DNA of 64,000 nt from Myxococcota bacterium. GTDB taxonomy: Bacteria; Myxococcota_A; Bradymonadia; UBA7976; UBA1532. Within the stretch, counting starts at the first letter, position 1. Each line of letters begins with the position of its first letter. Location: assembly GCA_023150895.1 (NCBI GenBank), contig JAKLJY010000012.1:336-64335 (forward strand), in the 5' to 3' direction. Both the position numbers and the translations under genes were made by a program. Under the pieces are notes generated by a model that was given only the letters and a program-made list of their open reading frames with translations, did no database searches and had not been told where the DNA came from. Below are positions 63,783-64,000 of the stretch, in pieces.

Positions 63783-64000
63783 CCAGCACCGAAGCCCTCG
63801 ATGTCCTCGAAGCCTACCTTCAGCGGAAAGGCCTCAAGACCACCGCCCAGCGGCGGCTCATCACCGAGGTGTTTTTCGATCCGCGGTTCAAGAAGGACCA
63901 CCCCAGCGTCGACGATCTCTTCCGACACGTCCGGGCTCAGGACGCCAACGTCGGCTACGCCACCGTCTACCGGACGATGAAGCTGCTCGTCGAGTGCGGG
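63779..64000 (+). CDS. Fur-family transcriptional regulator (5' partial; runs off the window end)
   Basis: MTSTEALDVLEAYLQRKGLKTTAQRRLITEVFFD...HPSVDDLFRHV...GYATVYRTMKLLVECG matches Fur/Zur/PerR N-terminal DNA-binding domain blocks. Confidence 0.7.
   Translation, partial: MTSTEALDVLEAYLQRKGLKTTAQRRLITEVFFDPRFKKDHPSVDDLFRHVRAQDANVGYATVYRTMKLLVECG

Noticed and set aside
1-64000. Search for rRNA, tRNA, CRISPR arrays, IS/transposase or integrase genes
   Set aside because: No transposase-, integrase- or Cas-like ORF. No spaced direct-repeat array; all tandem repeats are in-frame coding repeats. No tRNA-like sequence in the few AT-rich intergenic gaps.

Overview
This window is a 64 kb, roughly 70% GC, densely coding chromosomal segment that I assign to Myxococcota. 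The assignment rests on three proteins ending in a MYXO-CTERM-type sorting signal (Gly-Cys, a hydrophobic stretch, then an Arg-rich tail), many lipobox signal peptides, and Cys-rich 'CDGxDNDCDGxVDE'-type repeat lipoproteins. I call about 47 CDS and find no rRNA, tRNA, CRISPR array or IS element. The clearest functional block is a nitric-oxide reductase locus: norE-like and norF-like genes, a divergent sigma54-type regulator norR, a hemerythrin-like gene, then norC (with an extra heme c domain), norB, norQ and norD. Other content, in window order: (1) a secreted matrixin-like protease with in-frame tandem repeats; (2) an operon of secreted hydrolases (metallophosphoesterase, phospholipase D, M15 peptidase with a lysozyme-like module) joined by ATGA start/stop overlaps, whose last ORF carries an internal as well as a terminal MYXO-CTERM signal; (3) a B12-binding radical SAM gene whose ORF runs, with no stop codon, into a lipoprotein-like Pro-rich tandem-repeat region, downstream of a 994-aa Cys-repeat lipoprotein; (4) two cNMP-binding proteins, astA, a Ca2+/Na+ antiporter and a deoxyhypusine-synthase-family gene; (5) a minus-strand cluster with an orphan FliI/YscN-type ATPase, an M16 peptidase, UbiA, CBS, YkgJ and a polyprenol-kinase-like gene; (6) a KamA-family radical SAM gene, an M16 peptidase and a PfkB sugar kinase fused to a Qng1/DUF2419 queuosine-salvage domain, preceded by an FkbM methyltransferase and a C13-like peptidase/PDZ/thioredoxin protein; (7) a 1234-aa Cys-repeat lipoprotein, a membrane phosphoesterase and the 5' part of a Fur-family gene. 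Start coordinates come from frame arithmetic on the ORF track and from signal-peptide and RBS inspection. Several starts are GTG or TTG and are uncertain. My hand reading of individual sequence lines was off by one base in places, so coordinates derived from the track are the reliable ones.
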